Virus record (IMG/VR): IMGVR_UViG_3300023112_000019
Span: 1-52,326 of that record
Direction: 5' to 3' (one strand)
DNA: 52,326 nucleotides
Source: a virus
Taxonomy: Duplodnaviria > Caudoviricetes
Numbering within the stretch: the stretch's first letter is position 1; every line of letters starts with the position of its first letter. This document shows positions 19,350-30,600 of this stretch, in pieces. The notes under the pieces were generated by a model that worked only from the letters and a program-made list of their open reading frames with translations, ran no database searches and was not told the origin of the DNA. A program made the translations under genes and the position numbers.

Positions 19350-20078
19350 TTATTCTGTATCTGTGTTAAGTCTTATTATTAATCTATTAAGAGCCTGTTC
19401 CGTAACTTCGTGACACTTTTCAGTTCTCACGAAATAATAATAAGGTCTGCATTCGTATGAACCGTTACCTAATTGCTTGAACTCATCAGCCTCTCTAATA
19501 TTCATGAAGTATTTCGTAATACCTCTAAATGCAAAAAATGGTCTATTACTTTCCATTAGATTCTCAAACCACAAGGCTAACTCATTTGCTCTTTTGTTAG
19601 TTCTTGCTGTGATGTCGAATTTAACTTCGTTATCAAACCATTGTGAATAAACTATTTTGGCTTGTCCAGGATTGCAGGGATCGTTTGCTATGATCTCTCT
19701 AATTCTTGACTTTACCTCTCTTCGACCTCTGTCGAACCAGGTATTCCCACCTTCCATAGTTCCTGGTGCGCGTCTCTTCATTGAATATAAAACAACACCA
19801 GACAGTTCTTGGTTCGGGTTATCAGGGTCTTCCATTATGTTAGTGGTAGTATAATCATCTTTTAGGATGACCCTTTGTCCGGTTGTTTCCTGATCAATGT
19901 CGATCAGCTCCTTAACTCCATCGATAAAATCTTCGATGCTGCTATGGACAGGAATCTTACTAACGGCTTCACCTCTTCTAGGTTGTGCCTTCGTATAATC
20001 CCTTAAAATCTCTCGTGTTAACTGTTCCTTTAAAAGGAGTTGAGAGTCAGTTAAATCTTCGTTAAAATTGAAACTCAT
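19350..20078 (-). CDS. Putative tail terminator / neck protein
   Basis: 242 aa directly upstream of the sheath; VKFDITARTNKRANELALWFE pattern. Confidence 0.55.
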   Translation of the reverse strand: MSFNFNEDLTDSQLLLKEQLTREILRDYTKAQPRRGEAVSKIPVHSSIEDFIDGVKELIDIDQETTGQRVILKDDYTTTNIMEDPDNPNQELSGVVLYSMKRRAPGTMEGGNTWFDRGRREVKSRIREIIANDPCNPGQAKIVYSQWFDNEVKFDITARTNKRANELALWFENLMESNRPFFAFRGITKYFMNIREADEFKQLGNGSYECRPYYYFVRTEKCHEVTEQALNRLIIRLNTDTE

Positions 20079-20674
20079 ACTAAAAAACTCTTGTCAATCA
20101 CAGATATGATTCTGATCCTATAGTACTCTATTCTCCCATTATTGTCCAATCGGTAAGGTTCAACCGAAAGGATTTCATAGGCTTCTCGAATAGAGCTAGG
20201 GGATAAAATCTTACCGCTTAGATCTTTCTTGATTTGTATTATGCTGTCGAATCTGTTGGGAATATTATCCCCATCATCTAAAGCGTTCTTTATAAAGTCC
20301 CATTCAAAGTAGGCTGTCTTGTATTCAGTTTGAGATTCGCCTTCTTGCTTAAACTTCTTATGAATAGAGTAAGCTTGTGAATGGTTTATGTATGTTCTTA
20401 CTACAATGTCTGAATAGTAATATCCAAGACCACTGCAGTTATCGCAAGGGATGTCTTTGTTTGCTTCGTTGCTTCGACTGGTCTTTGTGCACTCACATTT
20501 CTTTGGCACTCCGTCTTCTATTCTAGCTCTACGAAAGATAACTTCTGTTCCTATATCATCTGTGTACAGGAGGTCGTGAACCTCTTTCCTGATGTCCACT
20601 CCTGAAATAGGTTCCTCGTCGCCTCCATATATATTTAGGCACTGAGTACTTTTCTTATAAAGATCTGCGCCCAT
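20075..20674 (-). CDS. Putative head closure / neck protein with Zn-finger insertion
   Basis: CEC...CDNCSGLGY motif; position in the neck cluster. Confidence 0.55.
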   Translation of the reverse strand: MGADLYKKSTQCLNIYGGDEEPISGVDIRKEVHDLLYTDDIGTEVIFRRARIEDGVPKKCECTKTSRSNEANKDIPCDNCSGLGYYYSDIVVRTYINHSQAYSIHKKFKQEGESQTEYKTAYFEWDFIKNALDDGDNIPNRFDSIIQIKKDLSGKILSPSSIREAYEILSVEPYRLDNNGRIEYYRIRIISVIDKSFLV

Positions 20675-21368
20675 ATATATCTCGCGTTCCTATGTTTGTT
20701 TTGTATTTGCGTCCGTTTATTTGTATCTCGTTATTACCTCGTGGTGCACCATAATGATCTGATGCCCATCTTCTACCAACGGTTGGCTTATTAGTATCAC
20801 ACTGACCTTTTTCAACTAGTTGAGCCAGCTTAGGTTTGTATGGCATAGCGCCGGAGTCAGTCAGTCCAAGACAATTCATTAAAGGATCTTCACATTCTCT
20901 TACAGAGTATTCGTACTTGAAGCCTTCACATTCTAGCCAGTCTATCATTTTTGATACACCGTCACTATCAGCAGAGCCTCCACCTTTAGAAACAGAGAAG
21001 TCTCCAAGCTGTTTGAATGCTTTGCTTCCTGTTGTCCCTCTGAACTCTTCAGTATTGTAAAGGATAATTAAAGCTACTTTATAAGCAACCCATTTATTTG
21101 CATATCTTTTCCACTTATCGTCAATGGTGCAATTGGCTAGGTCTTGAGCCACAATAGACCATTCAAGGATGAGCTGGTTAATTACATCGTCTGGTATCTC
21201 TGTTACAAAAGAACCAACGAGTCTTCTAACATCAAGTACTGATGCGCACATTGGTGTCATCTCTGTAGTAAAGTAACTACAGAACTCATCTAGCATTACT
21301 GTATCATCTAGGGCTTCGATGCCTGGTGATATCTTAATCTCAATAAGACTATTAATATTCAGTATCAT
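20655..21368 (-). CDS. Putative head-tail adaptor
   Basis: ASVLDVR...IPDDVINQLI...KQLGDFSVS pattern typical of gp6/gp15-type adaptors; position. Confidence 0.55.
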   Translation of the reverse strand: MILNINSLIEIKISPGIEALDDTVMLDEFCSYFTTEMTPMCASVLDVRRLVGSFVTEIPDDVINQLILEWSIVAQDLANCTIDDKWKRYANKWVAYKVALIILYNTEEFRGTTGSKAFKQLGDFSVSKGGGSADSDGVSKMIDWLECEGFKYEYSVRECEDPLMNCLGLTDSGAMPYKPKLAQLVEKGQCDTNKPTVGRRWASDHYGAPRGNNEIQINGRKYKTNIGTRDIYGRRSL

Positions 21369-24300
21369 ATGGAATACCTTTGACGCTAGCTCTGTTCTTT
21401 CTAGGCGCTTCCGGCTCTACCATAAAGGTAAGAAAAGGATCTGCCCATTCAACTACTCGTCCAACTTTAATTCTTCTGTCATCATCTTTTCTTAATCTAT
21501 CTGAAGCAAACCATTGTGCTTGATTCATATATGGACTTAGTCCTTCATCATCTACGAAGTCTAAACATGTCATACCTGCAGCATTTGATTCCGAACAAAG
21601 AAGTCCGTTTGCTGCTCTTTCTGATCTGTACAATCTTGCAACTGATGTACCGCCAGTAAGATTTCCTGGACTAGTAATTGTCGCAGATGTATCTGATACC
21701 ACAATGCTGTTACCCATCTTTCCTGGGCCAGCCCATCTAATATCTATGTAGTCTCCATAAGCTGTAGCAAAACAGTTATGACCATCACCAGCTGTCTGTG
21801 GGTCTGGACCGTCAAAAGCAGAAGTTCTATTTATTGCATCTGCAAGTTGAACAGCTTCTTCAGCTGCTGTAACTCCAGCTTCATATTGAAGCCATGTTGG
21901 AGTCGTTCCACTAGCAACAGCAGTTAATGTAATTACTGCACCAGGAATAGAAGCACCAGGAGTTAACACAACTGTGTCTCCAGGAGTTCCTGCGCCGGTT
22001 ACTCTTAGTCTTCCTTTGGCTGTTTCTCCACCCAGGAATGCTCTAATGAAAAAGTCATTACCAGCATCCATGTATGTTGCATCATTCAGTGTGTCTATTA
22101 AATTGTTTCTTGTTATGTCTGCTGCTGCATTTGGATCCGCATCAGCTGAGATATCAAATTCTCCTAATGCTGGAACTGCGCCAGCACTCTTTGCTGTGTA
22201 GACTTTTGCTGCAGTAGCTGTGTCTAATGTTATTATATCGTTATTGGATAGTGATCCAGTTGAAACTATCTCTGCTTCAGCATAACCAACTCTGGCTACA
22301 TACAGTGCGTCTCCTGGTCTCCATCCTATTCCTAAAGAATGTTCCCCAACATTGGCTCGTATTTTTCCAGACATTCTAATTCTTCCTACTGCACCAGCAG
22401 CGACATCTTCGTCTACTACGCCTGATGCATGCCAGAATAAATCAGAGTTTGGTGGTGTCTCTAAGACAGCACCTGCTTCTGCTGGGTCTGAATAAGGAAT
22501 CCAGAAAGAACCATCTGCTCTAAGGATAACTGGTGAGCCTTTTAGGACAGGTCTTCCAGTAGAGTTTAATGAATCTGTCACGTGGTTTTGTGCTAGATCA
22601 TTTGTTCCGCCAATTATATCTTGAGATAGTGAAGGATCTAAAGCTACGATAGGAGTCCCGTCAGTAAATGGAATTCCTTCGATTACTGTTGTTTGACCTA
22701 CAGTTGGTGAATTGATAGAGACTGAACCACTTGATGATTCAACAGCTATGTTTGAGACTGCGTCTATATCTAAACCTGAAGTCGAGGAGATTCCTGCTCC
22801 AACATTTATGAAGGCTAAGTTCCTGCTCATCTCTAGACCAGTAATCTTAAACTCTCCGATTAGTGCCGAGGATGAATCTTTAATTAATAGGTTCTTTGCG
22901 CCAGTTGTATCTAATACAAAGTCTCCATTAGCTTGAGCATCGTAAACACTCTGTAATGTATTGCCTGCAGATGTTGCGATCTCTATATCTTGTCCTACTC
23001 TAGTAAGAGTAATACCTGCGCCTTCACTAACTGTTACGATACCTGATAAAGCTGTATCACCAAATTTAGCAAAAGACTTAACTACGTTGTGTGGATTAGA
23101 AGCTAGAAAGTGAGCGGCTACTGCCGAGTGACCAGATCCATCATCAAGCCTGTGTGCCGCATTCGCAGCTAATTCAGAGTTAACATCATAGATATCTAAG
23201 TTCATTGACTCAGCAGTAATTTCACCAAGAGCATCCATTGAAATCTTGGTTACTGCGCTTCCATCCTTGATTAAGAATCTTGGTGTAGATTCAAAACCAG
23301 CGGCTGATTGAGTAGTAATGATTTCATGCTTACCAGTTACTAGGTCATGTTCTATATCTAGAACCGCTAGGTTGGTAGCATTTCCAAGTGCTAAGGCGTT
23401 AACTTCATTAATCGAACCAAAGATACTTTGATTAACAGTTCCTAAAGATCCTTCTCCAATCTCTGTTAGATTAGCGCTTCCTCTAGAATCTAAGAATGTT
23501 AATTCTCCAGTACTGTTTTCTAGTCTTGGAGATATAAGTTTAGTTGCTGTTTCTATATCTGCGAGAGCATCAATGCTCCCGTCTGAATCAATTGTTATAT
23601 TTACTACGGCACCAGGTCCGATCGTTAGCTTGTCTGCATCTAAGAAATCTATTGTACTAATTCCACCATCTACAACTAGTGCAGGTGTATTAGGGTTTCC
23701 AGATCCATTAACAAAGTTAACTGGTCCTCCGCCAAAAGTTGTTGTAACTGTTGCTGGAGCTGATTGATCATATATTTGCTGGAAGTCTGTCCCAGTAAAA
23801 CCACCAGAGATTTCATTGATCGCGCCAATAATACTCTGAGCTATAGTTGATAAGCCTGTAACTCCACTTTCAGATAGGGCTACGCTGGCTGTAAGATAAA
23901 GATCTTTAAGTTGAAGTTCTCTCCCGCTTGTCAGGAGAGTGTCATTAACACCAGAGGTCGTTCCAAATGTAAGGTCTGAGTTAGCAGATCTAACTCCATC
24001 CTTCGAAAGAAACATGTCATTAACGCCATTTGTTACCTTAAAGGTATTGGGATTTATTTTAAGGTTGCCGGAACTATCAAGTTCTATTTCCCCAACGGCA
24101 CCTAAAGAAAGAGATCTACCTGGAGCTACAGAAATAAACCTACCATTATCATAGGCATCCTGTAATGTTGTTGTTCCAAATGTATCTTCTATTGTTTTTA
24201 TTCTAGATAGCGAGCCTTCTGCTGGGTCTATTAGGACTGCAGGAGAGTATGTTCCACTTTTAAGAATCTCATGCTGTGTATCACTTACAGCTTGAGCTAA

Positions 24301-24417
24301 CTCATTTGGATCCTCTGCGACTACATCATCTCCGATGATAACACCCTGGTCATTTATTCTAAATACCCATTCGTCTATTATCCCTGTATCTATTTTTTTT
24401 ATTCTAAATTGTGACAA
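21352..24417 (-). CDS. Fibre-like virion structural protein (1021 aa)
   Basis: Three TLQ-x-x-YD-like repeats, three [SD]I[IF]G-x-[IT]N[ED] repeats, and a GVVDEDVAAGAVGRIRMSG...PGDALYV decoration-type module. Confidence 0.6.
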   Translation of the reverse strand: MSQFRIKKIDTGIIDEWVFRINDQGVIIGDDVVAEDPNELAQAVSDTQHEILKSGTYSPAVLIDPAEGSLSRIKTIEDTFGTTTLQDAYDNGRFISVAPGRSLSLGAVGEIELDSSGNLKINPNTFKVTNGVNDMFLSKDGVRSANSDLTFGTTSGVNDTLLTSGRELQLKDLYLTASVALSESGVTGLSTIAQSIIGAINEISGGFTGTDFQQIYDQSAPATVTTTFGGGPVNFVNGSGNPNTPALVVDGGISTIDFLDADKLTIGPGAVVNITIDSDGSIDALADIETATKLISPRLENSTGELTFLDSRGSANLTEIGEGSLGTVNQSIFGSINEVNALALGNATNLAVLDIEHDLVTGKHEIITTQSAAGFESTPRFLIKDGSAVTKISMDALGEITAESMNLDIYDVNSELAANAAHRLDDGSGHSAVAAHFLASNPHNVVKSFAKFGDTALSGIVTVSEGAGITLTRVGQDIEIATSAGNTLQSVYDAQANGDFVLDTTGAKNLLIKDSSSALIGEFKITGLEMSRNLAFINVGAGISSTSGLDIDAVSNIAVESSSGSVSINSPTVGQTTVIEGIPFTDGTPIVALDPSLSQDIIGGTNDLAQNHVTDSLNSTGRPVLKGSPVILRADGSFWIPYSDPAEAGAVLETPPNSDLFWHASGVVDEDVAAGAVGRIRMSGKIRANVGEHSLGIGWRPGDALYVARVGYAEAEIVSTGSLSNNDIITLDTATAAKVYTAKSAGAVPALGEFDISADADPNAAADITRNNLIDTLNDATYMDAGNDFFIRAFLGGETAKGRLRVTGAGTPGDTVVLTPGASIPGAVITLTAVASGTTPTWLQYEAGVTAAEEAVQLADAINRTSAFDGPDPQTAGDGHNCFATAYGDYIDIRWAGPGKMGNSIVVSDTSATITSPGNLTGGTSVARLYRSERAANGLLCSESNAAGMTCLDFVDDEGLSPYMNQAQWFASDRLRKDDDRRIKVGRVVEWADPFLTFMVEPEAPRKNRASVKGIPYDTEY

Positions 24418-24943
24418 GGCTATCTCCCTTGATAATATTATCTGTAGCAGTTAACACTTGAAGATTTTGAGGGGCATGCAGTCCGCCTTTAGAAAGTGGA
24501 ATTATGTGATCAACATGATGCTTAATTCCTGTTTCTTTTTCTAGCTTTTTTGCTTCTTTATAAAACTCTCGAATCATGCTATTGTCTTCTTCTGTCAGCG
24601 ATGATGGAGTTCCATTAATCTTATTTGCCCTATATTTTCCGTTTAATGCCAGCTTATTCTCTGGGCTTACTTTGTATGTGGCTCTCTTCTTCCTGTTAAT
24701 CTTTTCTCTGTTTTTTTTGCTATATTCTTTATTGTACTCTTTAATTCTATCTTCATATCTGAAGTAGTCTTCTTTGCACTTCTTTAATATCTTTTCTTTA
24801 CTGCTCTCGTAGTGTTTCTTTTTAGCTACTTTGATTTTATCTTTATTCTTGTCTCTATATTCCTTACAGCATAGTTTGCACCAATGTGCTTTTCCAAACT
24901 CTTCTAGGCCTATTTCTGTTTTACATTTAGAACAAACTCTCAT
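24404..24943 (-). CDS. Free-standing HNH homing endonuclease
   Basis: N-terminal CSKC...CKLC, Lys-rich linker, and C-terminal HHVDHIIPLSKGGLHAPQNLQVLTATDN. Confidence 0.9.
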   Translation of the reverse strand: MRVCSKCKTEIGLEEFGKAHWCKLCCKEYRDKNKDKIKVAKKKHYESSKEKILKKCKEDYFRYEDRIKEYNKEYSKKNREKINRKKRATYKVSPENKLALNGKYRANKINGTPSSLTEEDNSMIREFYKEAKKLEKETGIKHHVDHIIPLSKGGLHAPQNLQVLTATDNIIKGDSLVTI

Positions 24944-24946
24944 AAC

Positions 24947-25165
24947 TTATCCTTGTGTGGCCACTTTAGCAAAGACTTTGGACACAGCCAGGCTGTGCAC
25001 ATCGTTCTGATTGTTGTTGTGTAAAACCTCAAGCGAGCCACAGTCGCCACAAGCAGGTAAAGAAATAAAGCTAGTAGATATGCTTAGCGCAGAATAAGCG
25101 TGTGCATGCAGAGATCCGCAAACACACTTCTGAATTAATTGTGTATCTTCAACCTTAGTAATCAT
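24947..25165 (-). CDS. Small putative zinc-binding protein (72 aa)
   Basis: CVCG...H and CGDCG motifs; tightly packed in the operon. Confidence 0.6.
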   Translation of the reverse strand: MITKVEDTQLIQKCVCGSLHAHAYSALSISTSFISLPACGDCGSLEVLHNNNQNDVHSLAVSKVFAKVATQG

Positions 25166-25227
25166 TAGTTACCTACCTTGTTACTTTTTCTGCGGTTATC
25201 TTCTCTGCATTTAGAACAAACTTTCAC
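25165..25227 (-). pseudogene. Relic of an HNH endonuclease gene (VKVCSKCREDNRRKSNKVGN*)
   Basis: 15-bp exact match (25208-25222 vs 24924-24938) to the 5' end of the neighbouring HNH gene. Confidence 0.6.
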
Positions 25228-25229
25228 TT

Positions 25230-26582
25230 CTAGTTACCGACAGTTGTATAAGTTCCGAATACCTTTGCAGCGCCAACGGCTACACTGTCGTACTCAAAGA
25301 AGAACCCATATTGATTCATATCAACAACTGATAAGTTGCTATAGTTTAAACTTCCTGCATCTGGTGTTAGTGTCACAGATGATGGAGAGTTAGTTAATTG
25401 ATGTTTAAAGTTTACGCCTGCTCCGAAGAATACTCCGCCAGCATTGTCTGATATAACTCTTTGTCCAAAGTATCCAGTTTCCTGAACCCCAGACTTAAGA
25501 ACATGAAGACCTGTTACTAGTGTTGACGTCTCATCAAGATTCATTAGTAGATCTGCTGAAGCTAGGTTCGCACCTGTATCTCCATCCATTGTTACAAAGA
25601 ATCTTCCTGCTGCACTACCGTCTGCTCTATCTAATTGTATATGTAATTCATCTGAATCCAAATCTAGCTTAGCGTCTGTTAGGTCAGCTGTACCTACTGA
25701 CACCTGAGTGGATGCCACTAAATTCACAGCTGTTACATCACCTACCGAAACTACATCTCCGGCCTCATCAAAAGATAAGACTAGTGCATCTAGTCCATTT
25801 CTAACTTCAAAGACACCTGCGTCTGAGTTCCCGTCTGTTGCGTCATCAGCATCTAGTCTAAAGACAAAATCTTTATGTGAGTAGAACTCTAGCTTGTCTG
25901 CTCCAAACATAATATAGGAAGCATCTGTTTCACCTTGCTCTGCAATCTTCTTTCCTACTTGAACTAATGTGTCATCTGTAGTAGTAAGGATTCCAGTTAC
26001 ACCTAGTGTTCCACCAACCGTCATAGCGTCTATGACAGTAGTGGTATCTCCAAGAGCGTCTCCTAGAGTTGTATCTCCATTAATTAATAAATCTGTTGTT
26101 ACTGTTAGCGGACCCTGCATTGACTGAGCGCCGGCCAATTCAACATATCTGTCATCTAGGGTTACACCCTCTACTAGTCCACCTGACATGATACTATCAA
26201 TATCTGCCTGATGTTCTACTAGTGCTGTTTGAACTCTGTCTGATGCAAGGTTCCCAATCGCTGTAACCTCGACAACATTTGCGTGATGCTGTACCGGGTC
26301 AGTAACTAGAACGTATGAAATATGGTCAGTTAAGCTGGAACTAATTGTTCCGATTGCTGTATCTAGTGCTTCGACCATCACCTTAAATGATGAATCATCA
26401 GCGATAAAGTTGTTAGAGTCCATGTCTAGCGTGAGTCCAGCTCCTGCTAATACTTCCTGAAGTGCTCTAATAGCATCTTGCAGGTCGTTAACATGGGCAG
26501 CACTAACAACGTCTTCCCCATCTATTTTTGTATAGACAGGATTTGTAAATGTATCTATTCCTGATGGGAAAATTGATGCCAT
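25230..26582 (-). CDS. Fibre-like virion structural protein (450 aa)
   Basis: N-terminal FPSGIDTF...VSAAHVNDLQDAIRALQ attachment/coiled-coil pattern, then beta-rich repeats; GAGG SD. Confidence 0.6.
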   Translation of the reverse strand: MASIFPSGIDTFTNPVYTKIDGEDVVSAAHVNDLQDAIRALQEVLAGAGLTLDMDSNNFIADDSSFKVMVEALDTAIGTISSSLTDHISYVLVTDPVQHHANVVEVTAIGNLASDRVQTALVEHQADIDSIMSGGLVEGVTLDDRYVELAGAQSMQGPLTVTTDLLINGDTTLGDALGDTTTVIDAMTVGGTLGVTGILTTTDDTLVQVGKKIAEQGETDASYIMFGADKLEFYSHKDFVFRLDADDATDGNSDAGVFEVRNGLDALVLSFDEAGDVVSVGDVTAVNLVASTQVSVGTADLTDAKLDLDSDELHIQLDRADGSAAGRFFVTMDGDTGANLASADLLMNLDETSTLVTGLHVLKSGVQETGYFGQRVISDNAGGVFFGAGVNFKHQLTNSPSSVTLTPDAGSLNYSNLSVVDMNQYGFFFEYDSVAVGAAKVFGTYTTVGN

Positions 26583-26649
26583 GGTTATTCCTCTCGTTTC
26601 TGTTTAATTTTAATAGTTTATGTAGTCATTCACTTTGTAAATGATTATA

Positions 26650-26754
26650 TCATAATATCTTCTTTATAGCCCGTAATAACTTCTTAACAATCCCTGGTCC
26701 CTTTTCAGGCTTTTCTTTTGTTAGGAGTACACTCTTTATCTTAATCTTAGCCAT
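26650..26754 (-). CDS. Unannotated 34-aa cationic amphipathic peptide (MAKIKIKSVLLTKEKPEKGPGIVKKLLRAIKKIL)
   Basis: AAGGA SD upstream; ATG about 10 nt after the previous stop; fills most of an intergenic gap in the operon direction. Confidence 0.6.
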   Translation of the reverse strand: MAKIKIKSVLLTKEKPEKGPGIVKKLLRAIKKIL

Positions 26755-26764
26755 TTTATATCCT

Positions 26765-27628
26765 TTAATAGGTTAGCTTCTCTACTATGAAGTCACGGAC
26801 AGTATATGTTGGTGCTAGCTCTATACCCAGCCAAGTGTGCGCAGTGACTCCTAGGTCGAGTGCTGCCATCTCTGTCCTCCAGTTCTCTGCACCTAGTTCG
26901 ATAAAATCACTCCTTTGTGAAGAATACTCATCCCAAAAAGGTCGAATAACCACAACGGTTTCTGCCATTGTTTTACCAAGTCCTGCCATTATGATTCCTG
27001 CCAAGTTCGCTTTAATACCTTCTAGGATATTGTTTCTAGCATCAACTCTTTCTTTCATAACCAATGCACCATCGTCAATAGATTGGTCAGTTGGGTCGAA
27101 GTCTTTATTCTTAATTAAAATTTTATCTGACTCTGAATTATCTGGTCTGATATAAACTAATTCTAATTTTTTATTTGTTACCACGTTGCTTGCTGTTGTT
27201 GTAAAAGTCCAATATATAACAGCTACTAAAATACCGTCGATATAATATTCTGCTTTTTGTGGCCTACCATTAGCTAATTTATAAGTTTTTTTAGATGTAG
27301 CACATTCTCTTAGGAGCATATTCTTAAAATCAAAAAGATTAAATGGCTGATTAATGTAGTATGGATCAGTATAGTTGCCTATTATAAAATCTTTTATTGT
27401 GGTTGCTACTCCAAAATTTGCATCATAAACATGAGCTGCGACCAAGGCATCTAAGCTTGGTTGATCCGTTATACTGTCCCCTAATATTTCTAGGGAGTCT
27501 CCATTAGTGTTTAGTCCACTAAAACCAGAAACTGAACCATCGTCTGTGATTTCTTGATGGAGCTTATTTGGGCTAACTGCCCCGTTAGCTGTGTCCTCTG
27601 TTATTGAATAAGATATTAAATTTGCCAT
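26765..27628 (-). CDS. Hypothetical protein, possible fibre assembly chaperone
   Basis: Start at ATG 27628 (TAATG coupling, GGAG SD); follows the repeat fibre gene. Confidence 0.5.
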   Translation of the reverse strand: MANLISYSITEDTANGAVSPNKLHQEITDDGSVSGFSGLNTNGDSLEILGDSITDQPSLDALVAAHVYDANFGVATTIKDFIIGNYTDPYYINQPFNLFDFKNMLLRECATSKKTYKLANGRPQKAEYYIDGILVAVIYWTFTTTASNVVTNKKLELVYIRPDNSESDKILIKNKDFDPTDQSIDDGALVMKERVDARNNILEGIKANLAGIIMAGLGKTMAETVVVIRPFWDEYSSQRSDFIELGAENWRTEMAALDLGVTAHTWLGIELAPTYTVRDFIVEKLTY

Positions 27629-30600
27629 TAGTTTACTCTCCATAATGTTAGTCTTGCATTCTTAATCGCCGCAGTATCATCATTTTCTCGATAATCAATA
27701 TCAATAGTATTGATACCACTTAAGGTCTTAATTGCATGACCACCCATTGGTATGTAAGCAAAGCTATTGCCTACACCTCCCCCTTTTATCTTAAAATCAG
27801 TCTCAGATAAATTAATTGAATCATTTAGCTGAACTCTAAAAGCAACTTTTTTGTCGCTGGAGCCGCCTATATCTGCTGACCAATTTATGATGTACTCCCC
27901 GCTTGGAAGACCTGAGGTAGTTAGTCTTAATTTCTGCTGGAAACTTGAGCTAGTAGTTGTGGATTGTGACAGTGACTCTGAAAATTGGAACTGAGACCCA
28001 AAGAGTCCTCCGCTAATGGTGACTGTCGTCTTGTTCGTTCCTTCATCTACGACGGAAGAAACTCCGCTACCTTCGAAATTCAGGGTGTCAGTCACTGTTC
28101 CCACTGTGATATCGTCTTCTTGAACTATGATATTTGCACCAGCCCCAGTGGCTCCTGCCTCCCCTCTTGCTCCAGCGCACTTTGTTACTATAAAGCTAGT
28201 ATCAGCCTTTAGGCTCCCTGAACCTCCAGACCTATTGACCTGTAACGAGAGGAAGTCTCCAGCAGCACACATACACAAAAAGGTTGCGCCATTAGGAAAA
28301 GTGTCTCCAGCATCACTTCTAAAAGTCTCACTACCTGCTAATATTGTTGTGTCATTTGCACGGACTCTATAGTTAAATATCGCAGAGCCAGTAATTTCTG
28401 TCTGTGTATGATAATGAACATTGTATAGACCTGCTTCTTTAATTAGGATACGATCAGTATTTACATTATCGTGTTCTAGAACTGTTGCGTCTGTCTCTAC
28501 ATCTGTTGTGTCAAAAGTAAGATCAACAAAACCTGTAGTAATCACATAGTCTGTAGTCCTTCTTACTTGAACAGCCGGACAGTCAGTTCCCGTGGCTCCT
28601 ATAAGATCTGATATATTTACTTTCTTTAGATTTCCTGAATCACTAGTGTCCGACACAAGAACAAAGTCTCCTGGAACTGGCGCGACAGTTGTCTGGTTAG
28701 TAATCGCAGTTTTGTCTAGAGTCTGGACTCCGTCTCCTATTGATGTTACCTCTCCTGTGTGGTTGGGATGAGTGTAGTGGCTCAGGTCTGAAATCTGAGA
28801 CTCTGTAATGGTGATCTTGCTTTCATCAATTCTAAATTCTAGATCCTCATCACCTGCGTCGTTTGCCTCATATAGCTCTAATATATTGGTTGTATTACTT
28901 CCTTCTGTTGCAGTAGCTTTATCTAATAAATATCCTGCAGTCGTATCATTGGCAGAAATCTTTACTGTTTCATCTGTGTTGGTTGTATGAGACAAGTCTG
29001 ATATCTGAGATTCAGTAATAGAAATCTTTGTTTGATCTACCTGGAACTGAAGGTCTTCATTGGCACCATCGTTTAAGGTTGTTATCTCTAATATGTTTGT
29101 TGAGTTAGTTCCTTCTGATGCTACTACTGCGTCTTCTAAGAATTTAGCTGTAGTATCATTAGCTGAAACCTTGGCTTTTTCATCTAGGTTGGCAGCATGA
29201 GTATGCAATGCATCAGCATTGCTTCCATCTGTTAGTGTCTCTGCTTCAGCTGCAGTAATATCTGTACCACCGTCAGCGGTAACCACTTGCGTAAATGTTA
29301 CGTTATGAGGATTGTCTGAAGGGAGCGCATCATGTCTAGTCTCCGTTAGATACTGAAGATGATCGTCGTCTCCAAGTCCTAAAAGATTTCCATGATCAAG
29401 CTGACCATTCAATCCTGCTAGGGTTGTATTTTCCCATTCTCCAGAGACTGAATTATATTGTAGTATATCGTCATCTGACACTGTTGTGATTGTGACGTCA
29501 CCCAGGTCATTAAGGTCAATATTACTAGGGTCAACTTTAAAGTCTATTGTGTCAGACCCAGCTGTACCTGTTACGACAACAGTATTGTCTGAAGTTGTTA
29601 GATTAAGTGTATCCGTAGTTGTTGCTGCAACAGGATCTGTTCCTGCTGGAGTGTTAATAGTTTTGTATGCTAGCGTATGAGCTAGGTCAGAGATCTGTGA
29701 TTCCGTTATGGTAAGCTTTGTTTCATCAAAGGCTATTTTAAGATCTTCATCACCACCATCATTTACTTCTTTGATTTCTATAGCACTAGTTGAGTTCGAT
29801 TCATCTGCTGCAATCACTTTATTTAAGAGATAACCTGCTGTAGTATCATTCGCACTAACCTTTACACTCTCATCTGTATTAACTGTGTGTGTAAGATCTG
29901 AGATTTGACTTTCAGTAATAGTTAAGTTAGCCTCATTAACATCTATATCAATTTCATTATTAGCACCATCTAGTATAACACTAACTTTGTTGGATGCCGC
30001 ATTTATATTTCTAAACTCAAGATCGACTCCGGTCTTTTGTTTAAAAACGCCGACCCCTGCAGTACCTACATTGGAAGCGGTATTGTCCTCTCCTGTGTCT
30101 GTATCATCTAGGAGATCTGAAATCGCTACCTTTTTAAGATTGCCAGAGTCATCTGTATCTGATACAAGAACAAAGTCAGCACCGTCAGCAGCTATAGTCG
30201 TCTTATTGGTGATGGCTGTCTTGTCTACTGTCTGTGCCCCATCTCCAATGCTTGTTACTTCGCCTGTATGATTTGGGTGAGCATAGTGGGATAAATCTGA
30301 TATCTGAGATTCAGTAATAGATATTTTTGATTCATCAATTCTGAACTCTAGGTCCTCGTCTCCTGCATCATTAGCTTCATAAAGCTCTAAAATATTTGTG
30401 GCATTACTTCCTTCTGTAGCGGTAGCTTTATCCAGTAAGTATCCTGGAGTTGTATCATTAGAGGATACTCTAACCTTGTCATCTAGAGAGGCAGCATGAG
30501 TATGTAATGTATCTGCATTTGATCCGTCAGTTAAGGTCTCTGCTTCAGCTGCGGTAATATCTGTTCCAGCATCTGCTGTAACTGCCTGTGTAAAAGTAAC

